From NCBI GenBank assembly GCA_029941885.1, contig JAPYTP010000008.1, forward strand, positions 297-64,296: a stretch of DNA of 64,000 bases, in the 5' to 3' direction. The DNA is from Myxococcota bacterium. Its GTDB lineage: Bacteria > Myxococcota_A > UBA9160 > UBA4427. A model generated the notes under the pieces. That model made no database searches. It worked only from the letters and a program-made list of their open reading frames with translations, and had not been told where the DNA came from. Position numbers and translations under genes: made by a program. Below are positions 28,479-36,554 of this stretch, piece by piece (positions within the stretch are counted from its first letter, which is position 1; every line of letters starts with the position of its first letter).

Positions 28479-30421
28479 TCGTCTTCCTCCCCCGTGCTCC
28501 GGCGACCCACGCCGATCACACGGTAGATCTTCAACGGATCGGCCTTGCCTTTGACGGCATGGGCGCCGAGATCCATGACCTCGAATTCCTCGCCGATCGC
28601 GTTTCTCGTGCGCTCGCCAATCAGGACCCGCTGAAGCGCGGTCTCTTGATCAAAATCGAGTTGGCCGCCGATCGCTTCGAGTCGGGCGGCGGAGTTGATG
28701 GTGTCCCCGACGGACGTGTATTTCATCCGCTCGCCACTCCCGATCGAGCCCACCACGGCGATCCCCGTGAAGAGCCCGATCCGCTGACGTCCGACGGGCC
28801 AGCCGCGGCGCGTCCACTCCGCGTTCAGCCGCTCGAGGACTTCGCCCATCTCGACCGCACAGCGCACCGCGCGTTTCGCGTCCTCGGCGATCTCTTCCGC
28901 ACTCCGGCTGGGGATCGGCACCCCGAAATTCGCCTTGATGCCGTCCCCCACATAATCATCGACGTGGCCGTCGTGGGACTCGATGACTCGCGTCATCGCA
29001 TCCATGTATGAATCGATCCACTCCATCAGGTCGACGGGTTCCATTTTCTCGGAGGCCGCGGTGTAGCCCTTGAGATCGGAGAGGAGCGCCGTGATCGTCG
29101 TCCTCTGTGGGCGCGGGCGTCCGCCATCCATGAAAAGGTCCCGCTGGCTCCAGAGTTCATCGGCCACGCGCCTCGAGTTGAAGCGCCGGAAGAGCGACAT
29201 CAGCTGGTGTTGTTCGCGGGCTTCGCGTCGCGCGCGGTCACCCGCGGCGAATCCGCCAGCGGAGAGCCAGGCAAGTGCCGGAGCGACCGTCGGGACCCAG
29301 AATCCTGAGGCGAAAAGCCAGGCCGATGCCAGGGTCAGCACGATCAGTCCAACAACGAATGCCGGGATCGCCCAACCGAGGGAAGCGAGTGCCGCCGAGA
29401 GTGCGATGCCGGCCAGGCCCCAGCCGATCACCCATCCCGTTTCGGCCCACTCGTTCCAATCCTGTCGCACGCCGGTTTCCGTTCGAGCCATCCGAATCAG
29501 CTGGTCCGTGACCTGCGCATGAATACGAAGACCCTTTACGGCCCGACCCGGCTGGTGGGGGGCGTTGAAGTCGTCCTTCACACTGGGTGCGTCCGTGCCG
29601 AGGACGACGACCCGCCCGCGCACTCGATCGGCGTCGAGATTGCCCTCCACGAGTTCCTGGAAGCGGAGGGTCTCGATCGATACCTCGTCCCTCGCGTAGT
29701 CGAGCAGGAATTGGTAGCCACCGGAGTCCAGTCCGGCATAGGCCCCGAAGTCCGTTTCCAGGGGCGGGAGCGTCGTCTCCCCGAGCCGGATCCATTCCTC
29801 GCGCTCGGGCGCGGGACCCAACCCGATTCTGTCACGAGCCAGGAAGAGCAGAGCCAGGCGTAGACTCAGTGATTGGTGAGCGTCCCCCGCATCGTCCCAT
29901 GCAAACACATAACCACGTCGAACGACTCGGCCGACGTCCATCAAGAGGTTGTTGAATCCGATCTGGTCCGCGGGGGCGAAGCTCGGCGCGGGGATGTCGC
30001 GCTGGTCCGCGGAGGCGAGCAGTTCGCTCACGATGAATCGCGGCTCATTGGCGACGACCTCTGCCAGCGCCGCCCAGCCCGCAAGATCAACCGGATTGTC
30101 GCTCGCGGGGCCATCCCGATAGAGGTCGATGCCCACTGCGGCCACGCCCGCGTCAGCGAGCTGCGAGAGGGAGCGGGCGAGAATTGCGTCGGGAATCGGG
30201 TAGCCGTAGCGATCGAACTCCGCCTCACCGATCGCGATCGTAACGACGGGGGAGGCCGAATGCGCAAGGCCGATATTGCGCTGGACGAGGCGGTCGTGGA
30301 TCGAGAGTTCGAGTCCCTCGAGGACCCCGCCGGCGCGCAGCCCCAGGCACACGACGATCGCCGCCAATCCGAGCAGGATGCCAGGCGTGCGCTGATTCAA
30401 CGTCTGGAAGTCCCCGACCAT
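28475..30421 (-). CDS. CHASE2 sensor + class III nucleotide cyclase
   Basis: VGIDLYRD, D.GRVVRR, VVLG..KDDFNAP, IHAQ (CHASE2); 3 TM; SDLKGYT, GDG, YTSVGDTINSAARLE. Confidence 0.92.
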   Translation of the reverse strand: MVGDFQTLNQRTPGILLGLAAIVVCLGLRAGGVLEGLELSIHDRLVQRNIGLAHSASPVVTIAIGEAEFDRYGYPIPDAILARSLSQLADAGVAAVGIDLYRDGPASDNPVDLAGWAALAEVVANEPRFIVSELLASADQRDIPAPSFAPADQIGFNNLLMDVGRVVRRGYVFAWDDAGDAHQSLSLRLALLFLARDRIGLGPAPEREEWIRLGETTLPPLETDFGAYAGLDSGGYQFLLDYARDEVSIETLRFQELVEGNLDADRVRGRVVVLGTDAPSVKDDFNAPHQPGRAVKGLRIHAQVTDQLIRMARTETGVRQDWNEWAETGWVIGWGLAGIALSAALASLGWAIPAFVVGLIVLTLASAWLFASGFWVPTVAPALAWLSAGGFAAGDRARREAREQHQLMSLFRRFNSRRVADELWSQRDLFMDGGRPRPQRTTITALLSDLKGYTAASEKMEPVDLMEWIDSYMDAMTRVIESHDGHVDDYVGDGIKANFGVPIPSRSAEEIAEDAKRAVRCAVEMGEVLERLNAEWTRRGWPVGRQRIGLFTGIAVVGSIGSGERMKYTSVGDTINSAARLEAIGGQLDFDQETALQRVLIGERTRNAIGEEFEVMDLGAHAVKGKADPLKIYRVIGVGRRSTGEEDE

Positions 30422-30734
30422 GGCGCTCGATTCCTTTCTCCGACCGAAACAGGTCTTCGCGTACGTTCCATAGGATCGGCGGTCTCCGTTTCCCGGCTGT
30501 GAAGGGCTTCACAGAGCGTTGGAGATTTCGAGAATGAGGGAGCGTGCCCCCTCGGCGCAACGCAACGATAGCAATCGGGGCCCGCCGAATTCGAGCCGCA
30601 GCTTTCGCCCCGACGAGCCCCAAAACGTCGTGAATTCGGTAACCTCCGCCGATCCCGCCGAAGGGCGGCCCCCCATCGAAGACTCCGGCTCGACAGGCAC
30701 GGACGAGTTCAGAACGAAATCGGCCCCGCAGCCG

Positions 30735-30770
30735 CTACGACCCCCTACGACCCCCTACGACCCCCTACGA
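30735..30770. repeat. 10-bp tandem repeat (CTACGACCCC x3.6)
   Basis: Seen directly; abuts the GAGGA RBS of pheS. Confidence 0.9.
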
Positions 30771-30782
30771 GAGGAAGCAACG

Positions 30783-31799
30783 ATGGATCCCGAAACCACA
30801 CTCGAGGCTGCGCGAGAGCGCATCGCAGAGTGTGAGGACTCGGCCGCGCTGAAGGACCTCGAGCGGGAGTACGTCGGCAAGAAAGGCGTCGTCGCCGGCA
30901 TGCTCTCGGAGATTCCCAAGCTCGCCGCGGAGGCCCGAAAGGAGCACGGTCAGAAGGCGAATATCCTCAAACGATCGATTCTCGAAGCGATCGCCGCGCG
31001 TCAATCCGAATTCGACGCGTCCGTACTCGATGCCGCGCGCAAAGCGGATGATTTCGATCCGACCCTGCCACCCCCGATCGCAACGCGAGGCAGCCTGCAC
31101 CCGATCACCCAGGTCACCCGCGAACTCGAAGACCTCTTCGTCTCGATGGGCTATGAGGTCCTCGACGGTCCCGAGGTCGAACTCGACCACTACAACTTCG
31201 AAGCGCTGAACATCACCAAGGATCACCCGGCCCGCGATTCGCAGGACACTTTCTACTGCGACGAAGTCGGTCGACTCGTGCTTCGCACCCACACTTCCCC
31301 CGTCCAGGTGCGCGCGATGGAGAAGCGCAAACCGCCCTTTCGCGTCATCGCCCCCGGTCGCGTCTTCCGGCAGGAGACGACGGACGCGAGTCACGACCAC
31401 ACCTTCTATCAGATGGAGGGACTCGTCGTCGGCAAGGACATCTCCGTCGCGCATCTGATCGGTGCCATGAAGACCCTGCTGCGCGGAATTTTCGGACGCG
31501 ATCTCGACGTTCGGCTGCGGCCCGGGCATTTCCCCTTCGTCGAGCCCGGCTTCGAACTCGATGCGCGCTGTCCATTCTGCCAGGATGGTTGCAGCGTCTG
31601 CAAGAAGACCACGTGGATCGAGCTTCTGCCCTGCGGCCTGATCCATCCGAACGTGCTCGTGGCGGGCGGGATCGATCCCGAGGAATGGAGCGGCTTCGCT
31701 TTCGGCCTCGGGCTCTCTCGCCTCGTCATGCTCCGACATAACATCGATGATGTTCGTTGTCTACTGGACGGCGACATCCGCTTCCTGGAGCAGTTCTGA
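30783..31799 (+). CDS. pheS: phenylalanine--tRNA ligase alpha subunit
   Basis: GSLHP, NFEALN..DHPARD, LRTHTS, FYQMEG, FPFVEP, GFAFGLG. Confidence 0.97.
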   Translation: MDPETTLEAARERIAECEDSAALKDLEREYVGKKGVVAGMLSEIPKLAAEARKEHGQKANILKRSILEAIAARQSEFDASVLDAARKADDFDPTLPPPIATRGSLHPITQVTRELEDLFVSMGYEVLDGPEVELDHYNFEALNITKDHPARDSQDTFYCDEVGRLVLRTHTSPVQVRAMEKRKPPFRVIAPGRVFRQETTDASHDHTFYQMEGLVVGKDISVAHLIGAMKTLLRGIFGRDLDVRLRPGHFPFVEPGFELDARCPFCQDGCSVCKKTTWIELLPCGLIHPNVLVAGGIDPEEWSGFAFGLGLSRLVMLRHNIDDVRCLLDGDIRFLEQF

Positions 31800-34258
31800 T
31801 GTTCGTCTCCGTGCGCTGGCTTGCGCGTCACGTCGATCTCGAGGGCATCAGCCCCGAACAACTGGCGAACGACCTCACCCTCTCGACCGCAGAGGTCGAA
31901 GGACTCGAGCGCTTCGCTCCCCCCCTGCACGACGTCGTGGTGGGCCACGTCGTCGCGCGCGATCCCCACCCGGATGCCGAAAAGCTCTCACTCTGCTCCG
32001 TCGACATCGGGCCCGCGGGAGACGGCGAGCCACTTCCGATCGTGTGCGGTGCACCGAACGTAGCCGCCGGCCAGAGGGTGGCCGTCGCGACCGTCGGAAC
32101 GACGCTCCCCGGTGATTTCAAGATCAAGAAATCGAAGATCCGCGGTGTCGCCTCCCTCGGGATGATCTGTTCGGTCCGCGAACTCGATCTCGGCGACGAG
32201 CACGACGGAATCTGGGTGCTTCCCGAAGACGCTCCGGTCGGGTCGCCGGTCGCCGAAGCCCTGGGAATCGACGACTGGATCATCGAGATCGACAACAAAT
32301 CCCTCACCCACCGCCCCGATCTCTGGGGTCATCGGGGCGTCGCCCGCGAAATCGCTGCGATCTATGGGCGGACCCTGCGCCCGCTCGAGACCTCCCTTCC
32401 GAAGACCGGCGATGCCGCGCCCTACCCGATCGCAATCGAGACCGAAGGCTGCTCGCGTTATATCGGACTCCCGATCGACGGCGTGACGCCCGGCCCCTCA
32501 CCCGACTGGCTTCGTTGGCTCCTATTGGCGGTCGGCCAGCGTCCCATCGAACTGCTCGTAGACCTCTCGAATTTCGTGATGATGGATCTCGGCCAGCCGA
32601 ACCACGTGTTCGACCGCAACCGCCTGGAAGCGGATGGCGAGGGTCGCGGGATCGTCGTGCGCGACGCGGCCGAGGGAGAGACGATCGAGACGCTCGACGG
32701 TGAGAAACGCAACCTCACCGAAAGCGACCTGCTCATCTGCGCCGGCGAAACCGCCGTCGCTCTCGCCGGCATCATGGGGGGAGAGGGATCGAAGGTCGCT
32801 GGCGACACCGACTCGCTCTTGCTGGAGGTCGCGACCTTCGACGCCACGACCATTCGCCGTACCTCGACCCGCGTCGGCTTGCGGACGGAATCCTCCGCGC
32901 GTTTCGAGAAGACGCTGGATCCCAATCTGCCACTCGAGGCCGCGGGCCATTTCGCACGTCTGCTCGTCGGCGCCCGTCCGGAGGCTCGTTTCCCCTCACC
33001 CCCTTCGGATATCGGATCCTGGAGCGATCCGGCCCGAACCATCCCGTTGCGCAGCGCACGTGTCCGCACCGCCCTCGGCAAGCCGATCCCCGACGACGAG
33101 ATCCGCGACATTCTGGAGCGCCTCGAGTTTCGCATCGAGGGCGACCCCGCCGGCAACATCGATCTCTATGACGTCTACGTCCCGAGTTTCCGCGCGACCA
33201 AGGACATCACGATCGAGCAGGATCTCGTCGAGGAGATCGGACGGATCCATCGCTACGGAAACATCGAGGAAAAGCCTCTCCACTTCGACATCGTCCCGCC
33301 CCCGCGCGACGAGCGGCGCGCACTGGTCCGCCAGCTCCAGGATCGCCTCGCCGGCGGCGCCCGCTTCCACGAGAGTCTGTCCTATTCGTTCATCGAGGAC
33401 GGACTCCTCGAAAAGCTTGGCGAACTCGAGCTGCCGCATGTGTCCGTGATCAACCCCGTCAATCGCGCCGAATCGAAGATCCGTCGGCGCGTGGCACCGA
33501 GCCTGCTGCTCGCGCTCGAGGCCAATCGGCGCAATCGCGCGGACGTCCGGCTCTTCGAGATCGGAAAGGCCTACGAGCCGGAGAACGGCAACGAACGGGG
33601 TGAACCGCGCGAGCGACACCTGCTCGCCCTGGCATGGGCGGGAACGCGACCCGGCAAGAAGGCGTCCTTCGATGAGAACCGATTGATGGGATTGCAGGCG
33701 ATCGTGAACGACCTCGTTCGCGCACGCGGATGCGGAGAGGCGAAATGGTCGAGAGAAGGAGCGCGACCCGCATGGGCCCATCCCGGAAAATGTCTATTCC
33801 TTTCGCTCGAAGGGGCCAGCGGACCCGTCGCCGTCGTGGCCGAACTCGAGCCTGCCCTGGCCCCTGCGATCGGACTCTCTGGGGATCTCGATAGCGAGAT
33901 CGCGATCGGCGAGATCTGTCTCGACGCGTTGCTGTCGGCAAGTCTCACCGGTGCCGGTTACAAGCCGCTCCCGAAGTTCCCGGGAATCAAGGTGGATGTG
34001 GCCGTCTCGGTCCCCGAAGCGACGACCGCCGCCGACTTGATCGAATTGATCGAGAAGGCCGGCAAGAAGCAGGTCGCCGGGACCGAACTCTTCGACCTCT
34101 ATCGGGGCCAGTCGATCGGCAAGGGAAAGAAATCCCTCGCCTTCCACGTGCTGCTGCAGTCGGAGGCGAAGACCCTGACCGACAAGGACGAGCAGAAATT
34201 TCTCAAGCGATTCGAGAAGCTGGTGGGTGAATCCGGAGGCGAGCTGAGGAAGGGCTGA
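31799..34258 (+). CDS. pheT: phenylalanine--tRNA ligase beta subunit
   Basis: HPDAEKL, CGAPN, KIRGV.S.GMICS, HRPDL, DLVEEIGRIHRY, FDLYRG; TGATG coupling to pheS. Confidence 0.97.
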   Translation: MFVSVRWLARHVDLEGISPEQLANDLTLSTAEVEGLERFAPPLHDVVVGHVVARDPHPDAEKLSLCSVDIGPAGDGEPLPIVCGAPNVAAGQRVAVATVGTTLPGDFKIKKSKIRGVASLGMICSVRELDLGDEHDGIWVLPEDAPVGSPVAEALGIDDWIIEIDNKSLTHRPDLWGHRGVAREIAAIYGRTLRPLETSLPKTGDAAPYPIAIETEGCSRYIGLPIDGVTPGPSPDWLRWLLLAVGQRPIELLVDLSNFVMMDLGQPNHVFDRNRLEADGEGRGIVVRDAAEGETIETLDGEKRNLTESDLLICAGETAVALAGIMGGEGSKVAGDTDSLLLEVATFDATTIRRTSTRVGLRTESSARFEKTLDPNLPLEAAGHFARLLVGARPEARFPSPPSDIGSWSDPARTIPLRSARVRTALGKPIPDDEIRDILERLEFRIEGDPAGNIDLYDVYVPSFRATKDITIEQDLVEEIGRIHRYGNIEEKPLHFDIVPPPRDERRALVRQLQDRLAGGARFHESLSYSFIEDGLLEKLGELELPHVSVINPVNRAESKIRRRVAPSLLLALEANRRNRADVRLFEIGKAYEPENGNERGEPRERHLLALAWAGTRPGKKASFDENRLMGLQAIVNDLVRARGCGEAKWSREGARPAWAHPGKCLFLSLEGASGPVAVVAELEPALAPAIGLSGDLDSEIAIGEICLDALLSASLTGAGYKPLPKFPGIKVDVAVSVPEATTAADLIELIEKAGKKQVAGTELFDLYRGQSIGKGKKSLAFHVLLQSEAKTLTDKDEQKFLKRFEKLVGESGGELRKG

Positions 34259-34278
34259 GGCCTCTACGCCGCCCTCCC

Positions 34279-34794
34279 CTACGCCGCCCGCATCCGTGCC
34301 CGGTAGTGCTTGTTCTTCACCGCGAAATCGGCGACGTGCGAGGCACACCAGGCGTTGGGCTTCACCAGCACGGGGAATCCCGACCCCGCCACCATCCCCG
34401 CGAGCTGCTTCACATAATCACTCGAGTCGTAGCGTTCATCCGGGTTCGCATCGACGTGTACCCAGATCTGTTTCTTGTCGGCGGCGAGCGCGAATGCCTC
34501 GTGCATCCGGATGGCGAGATCGAGTGAGAGCCAGGTCTCGGTCGATAGCTTTTCGTAGAGAGAAACGTCCTTCCGGTCGTAGCGGCGCGTATAGAAGACG
34601 CGGCCTCCCTTTCCCGGATTCAAGACGGCGGCGACGGTCACGAATTCCATCCGGGTCGACGACTTCTGGGCGTCCGTGCCGATGTGTACGACCTGTCCCT
34701 TTCGGATGAGCGATTGCACCGTCCCCATCACATCCAGGACCTCGGCCCCGCTGAGCGTCCACCACCGGCTCTCCGGCTCTACGTTCCCTCGCAT
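34279..34794 (-). CDS. ribonuclease H-like YkuK (DUF458) family protein
   Basis: VHIGTDAQ, GKGGRVFY, ETWLS, VHVDAN, KPNAWCASHVAD. Confidence 0.85.
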   Translation of the reverse strand: MRGNVEPESRWWTLSGAEVLDVMGTVQSLIRKGQVVHIGTDAQKSSTRMEFVTVAAVLNPGKGGRVFYTRRYDRKDVSLYEKLSTETWLSLDLAIRMHEAFALAADKKQIWVHVDANPDERYDSSDYVKQLAGMVAGSGFPVLVKPNAWCASHVADFAVKNKHYRARMRAA

Positions 34795-34921
34795 CGTGTC
34801 TCCCGTCTCGCCGGTCTCCGTTGCGCTGGCTGGCTGCAGCGTGACACCGGTCCGTTTCACTTCCGAATCGCAATCCCTCTCGAATCCTGCTGCTTGGATC
34901 GCCAAGCTCGGCGAACGGTCC

Positions 34922-34959
34922 AAAACGACGAAACCCCCGCGCGGCTGCGCAGGGGTTTC
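34922..34959 (-). terminator. intrinsic terminator/attenuator hairpin upstream of the YkuK-like gene
   Basis: GAAACCCCUGCGC-AGCC-GCGCGGGGGUUUC followed by GUCGUUUU on the minus strand. Confidence 0.75.
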
Positions 34960-35128
34960 AATCGTGAATTCGTTTGTCTCTTCTCGATCGCCGTCTCGAG
35001 ACCCGCTCCCGGCGTACAGCGAGTGAAGCCGGCCTCACCGCCGACCCGCCGGAACCCCGGTCCGATCGCTCGGCGGCGATCGGCACCGTGCCTGTCCCTC
35101 GGCTTCGGCTTCGCGCGGACCCGGCCAT
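34958..35128 (-). CDS. putative 56-aa Arg/Ser-rich leader peptide
   Basis: GGAGGA RBS 7 nt before ATG; MAGSARSRSRG...RRERVSRRRSRRDKRIHD; TGA overlaps the terminator stem. Confidence 0.45.
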   Translation of the reverse strand: MAGSARSRSRGTGTVPIAAERSDRGSGGSAVRPASLAVRRERVSRRRSRRDKRIHD

Positions 35129-35257
35129 CAATCGATCCTCCGTCGGGCAAATCTATATTGCCCATCGACCAAACCGCCTTCGCGGTCAACATTCAATCCC
35201 TTGATACCCCCCCACACACTGTCGCGTCAACCCCACACCCGGGCACGGGCAGCACCC

Positions 35258-35299
35258 CAAAACAACAAGGCCCCCGCGAAGTCGATGCTTCGCGGGGGC
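35258..35299 (-). terminator. intrinsic terminator of the MaoC-like gene
   Basis: GCCCCCGCGAAG/CTTCGCGGGGGC 12-bp stem followed by CTTGTTGTTTT on the minus strand. Confidence 0.8.
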
Positions 35300-35412
35300 T
35301 CTTCTCGATTCGATGCCACCCCTGCCGCGGGGCGCTGGTCATGCCCGCTGGCTCGCGGGAGGAATCGGCGCCACGGCGGCATTGCCCTGCCGCCCGGCGA
35401 TGTGACCCGGCT

Positions 35413-36249
35413 CTATGAAAAGGTGCAGACCCCCTGATCCAGAACGACATCGCCGTTCTGGTTCTTGGTCTGGAAGAGCGCCTTCCCACCGTCGACCCAC
35501 ATCGCGACCGTCAGCGCATCCCCCGGCATGACGGGCTTCGAGAAGCGGCCATCGATGCTCTTGAAACGGCTCGGATCGCCATCACAGAGACTGTGGAGCA
35601 GTGCACGTCCGGTGAATCCGTAGGTGCACAGACCGTGAAGAATCGGTCGATCGAAGCCGCCGATCGCCGCAAAGGATGGATCGGAATGGAGCGGGTTGCG
35701 ATCTCCTGACAGCCGATAGGTCAGCGCCTGATCTTCACGAGTCACGTACGTCACTTCGTGATCGGCCTTGCGGTCCGGGATCTCGAACGTCGGCGACGGG
35801 CCACGCTCGCCGCCGAAATCACCTGCACCGCGACAGAAGAGCGACATCTTCACCTTGAAGAGCGGCTTGCCCGTCGCAACGAGGGTCGAGGTCGAGGCGA
35901 ACTCGACGACTCCGGCCTTGCCCTTGTCCCAGATCCCCGCAATCTCGCCGACGCTCTCGATCTCGCCTTCCGGGGGGATCTCGTCGTAGAGCTCGATGCC
36001 TTCGGTGCCGTGCACCATGAGCGCGGGATTGAACTCGCCCGCCTTGCTCATCGGGACTCCGCCACCACCGAGGATCACGGCCATGGTCGGGAGCGCGCGC
36101 TGGGGGGTGTCCTTCGTGTTTTCCGTCGTGAACTGGAGCTCGCTCGTACCCGCGCCCACGCCGACTGCGTAGAGGAGCGAGTCCTTCGATGTCCATGATC
36201 GCTTGCTGGGCTCGCCTTTGGCGCCCACGCTGCTCGGATCGAGAGCCAT
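35413..36249 (-). CDS. MaoC/MFE-2-type double-hotdog (R)-enoyl-CoA hydratase
   Basis: LLYAVGVG, YRLSGDRNPLHSDP, PILHGLCTYG, RFSKPV.PG. Confidence 0.93.
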   Translation of the reverse strand: MALDPSSVGAKGEPSKRSWTSKDSLLYAVGVGAGTSELQFTTENTKDTPQRALPTMAVILGGGGVPMSKAGEFNPALMVHGTEGIELYDEIPPEGEIESVGEIAGIWDKGKAGVVEFASTSTLVATGKPLFKVKMSLFCRGAGDFGGERGPSPTFEIPDRKADHEVTYVTREDQALTYRLSGDRNPLHSDPSFAAIGGFDRPILHGLCTYGFTGRALLHSLCDGDPSRFKSIDGRFSKPVMPGDALTVAMWVDGGKALFQTKNQNGDVVLDQGVCTFS

Positions 36250-36275
36250 GATTTGCTTTCCTTTCTTGGATTCCC

Positions 36276-36371
36276 TTGTCCGGGGAATTGTCCGGGGAAT
36301 GGTCCTGGGAATGGTTTTGCGAACTATCCTACGTGCTGTGCTGCGTATTGTCCTGGGTGCTGACCTGCACA
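36276..36371. repeat. degenerate 12-bp tandem array (about 8 units)
   Basis: TTGTCCGGGGAA x2, TGGTCCTGGGAA, TGGTTTTGCGAA, CTATCCTACGTG, CTGTGCTGCGTA, TTGTCCTGGGTG, CTGACCTGCACA. Confidence 0.7.
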
Positions 36372-36554
36372 CGGGCTGCCGGATGCTTCCATCGTGGGGG
36401 CGGTCTGAGCGTTTCCACAGGTCGGAGCTTGCAGCTGCGCGGCAACGACCGTCACCCTCGGCCCGCACGCGGTCACTAGAAATACACTAGGCATTCTTCC
36501 TTGTCGATCGCCCGGATCCAACGGGTTTCGACGAGTTCCACCCTCAGGAACCCC

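Noticed and set aside
30735-36371. The two tandem repeats as CRISPR arrays
   Set aside because: Units are 10-12 bp, contiguous, without spacers; no cas genes
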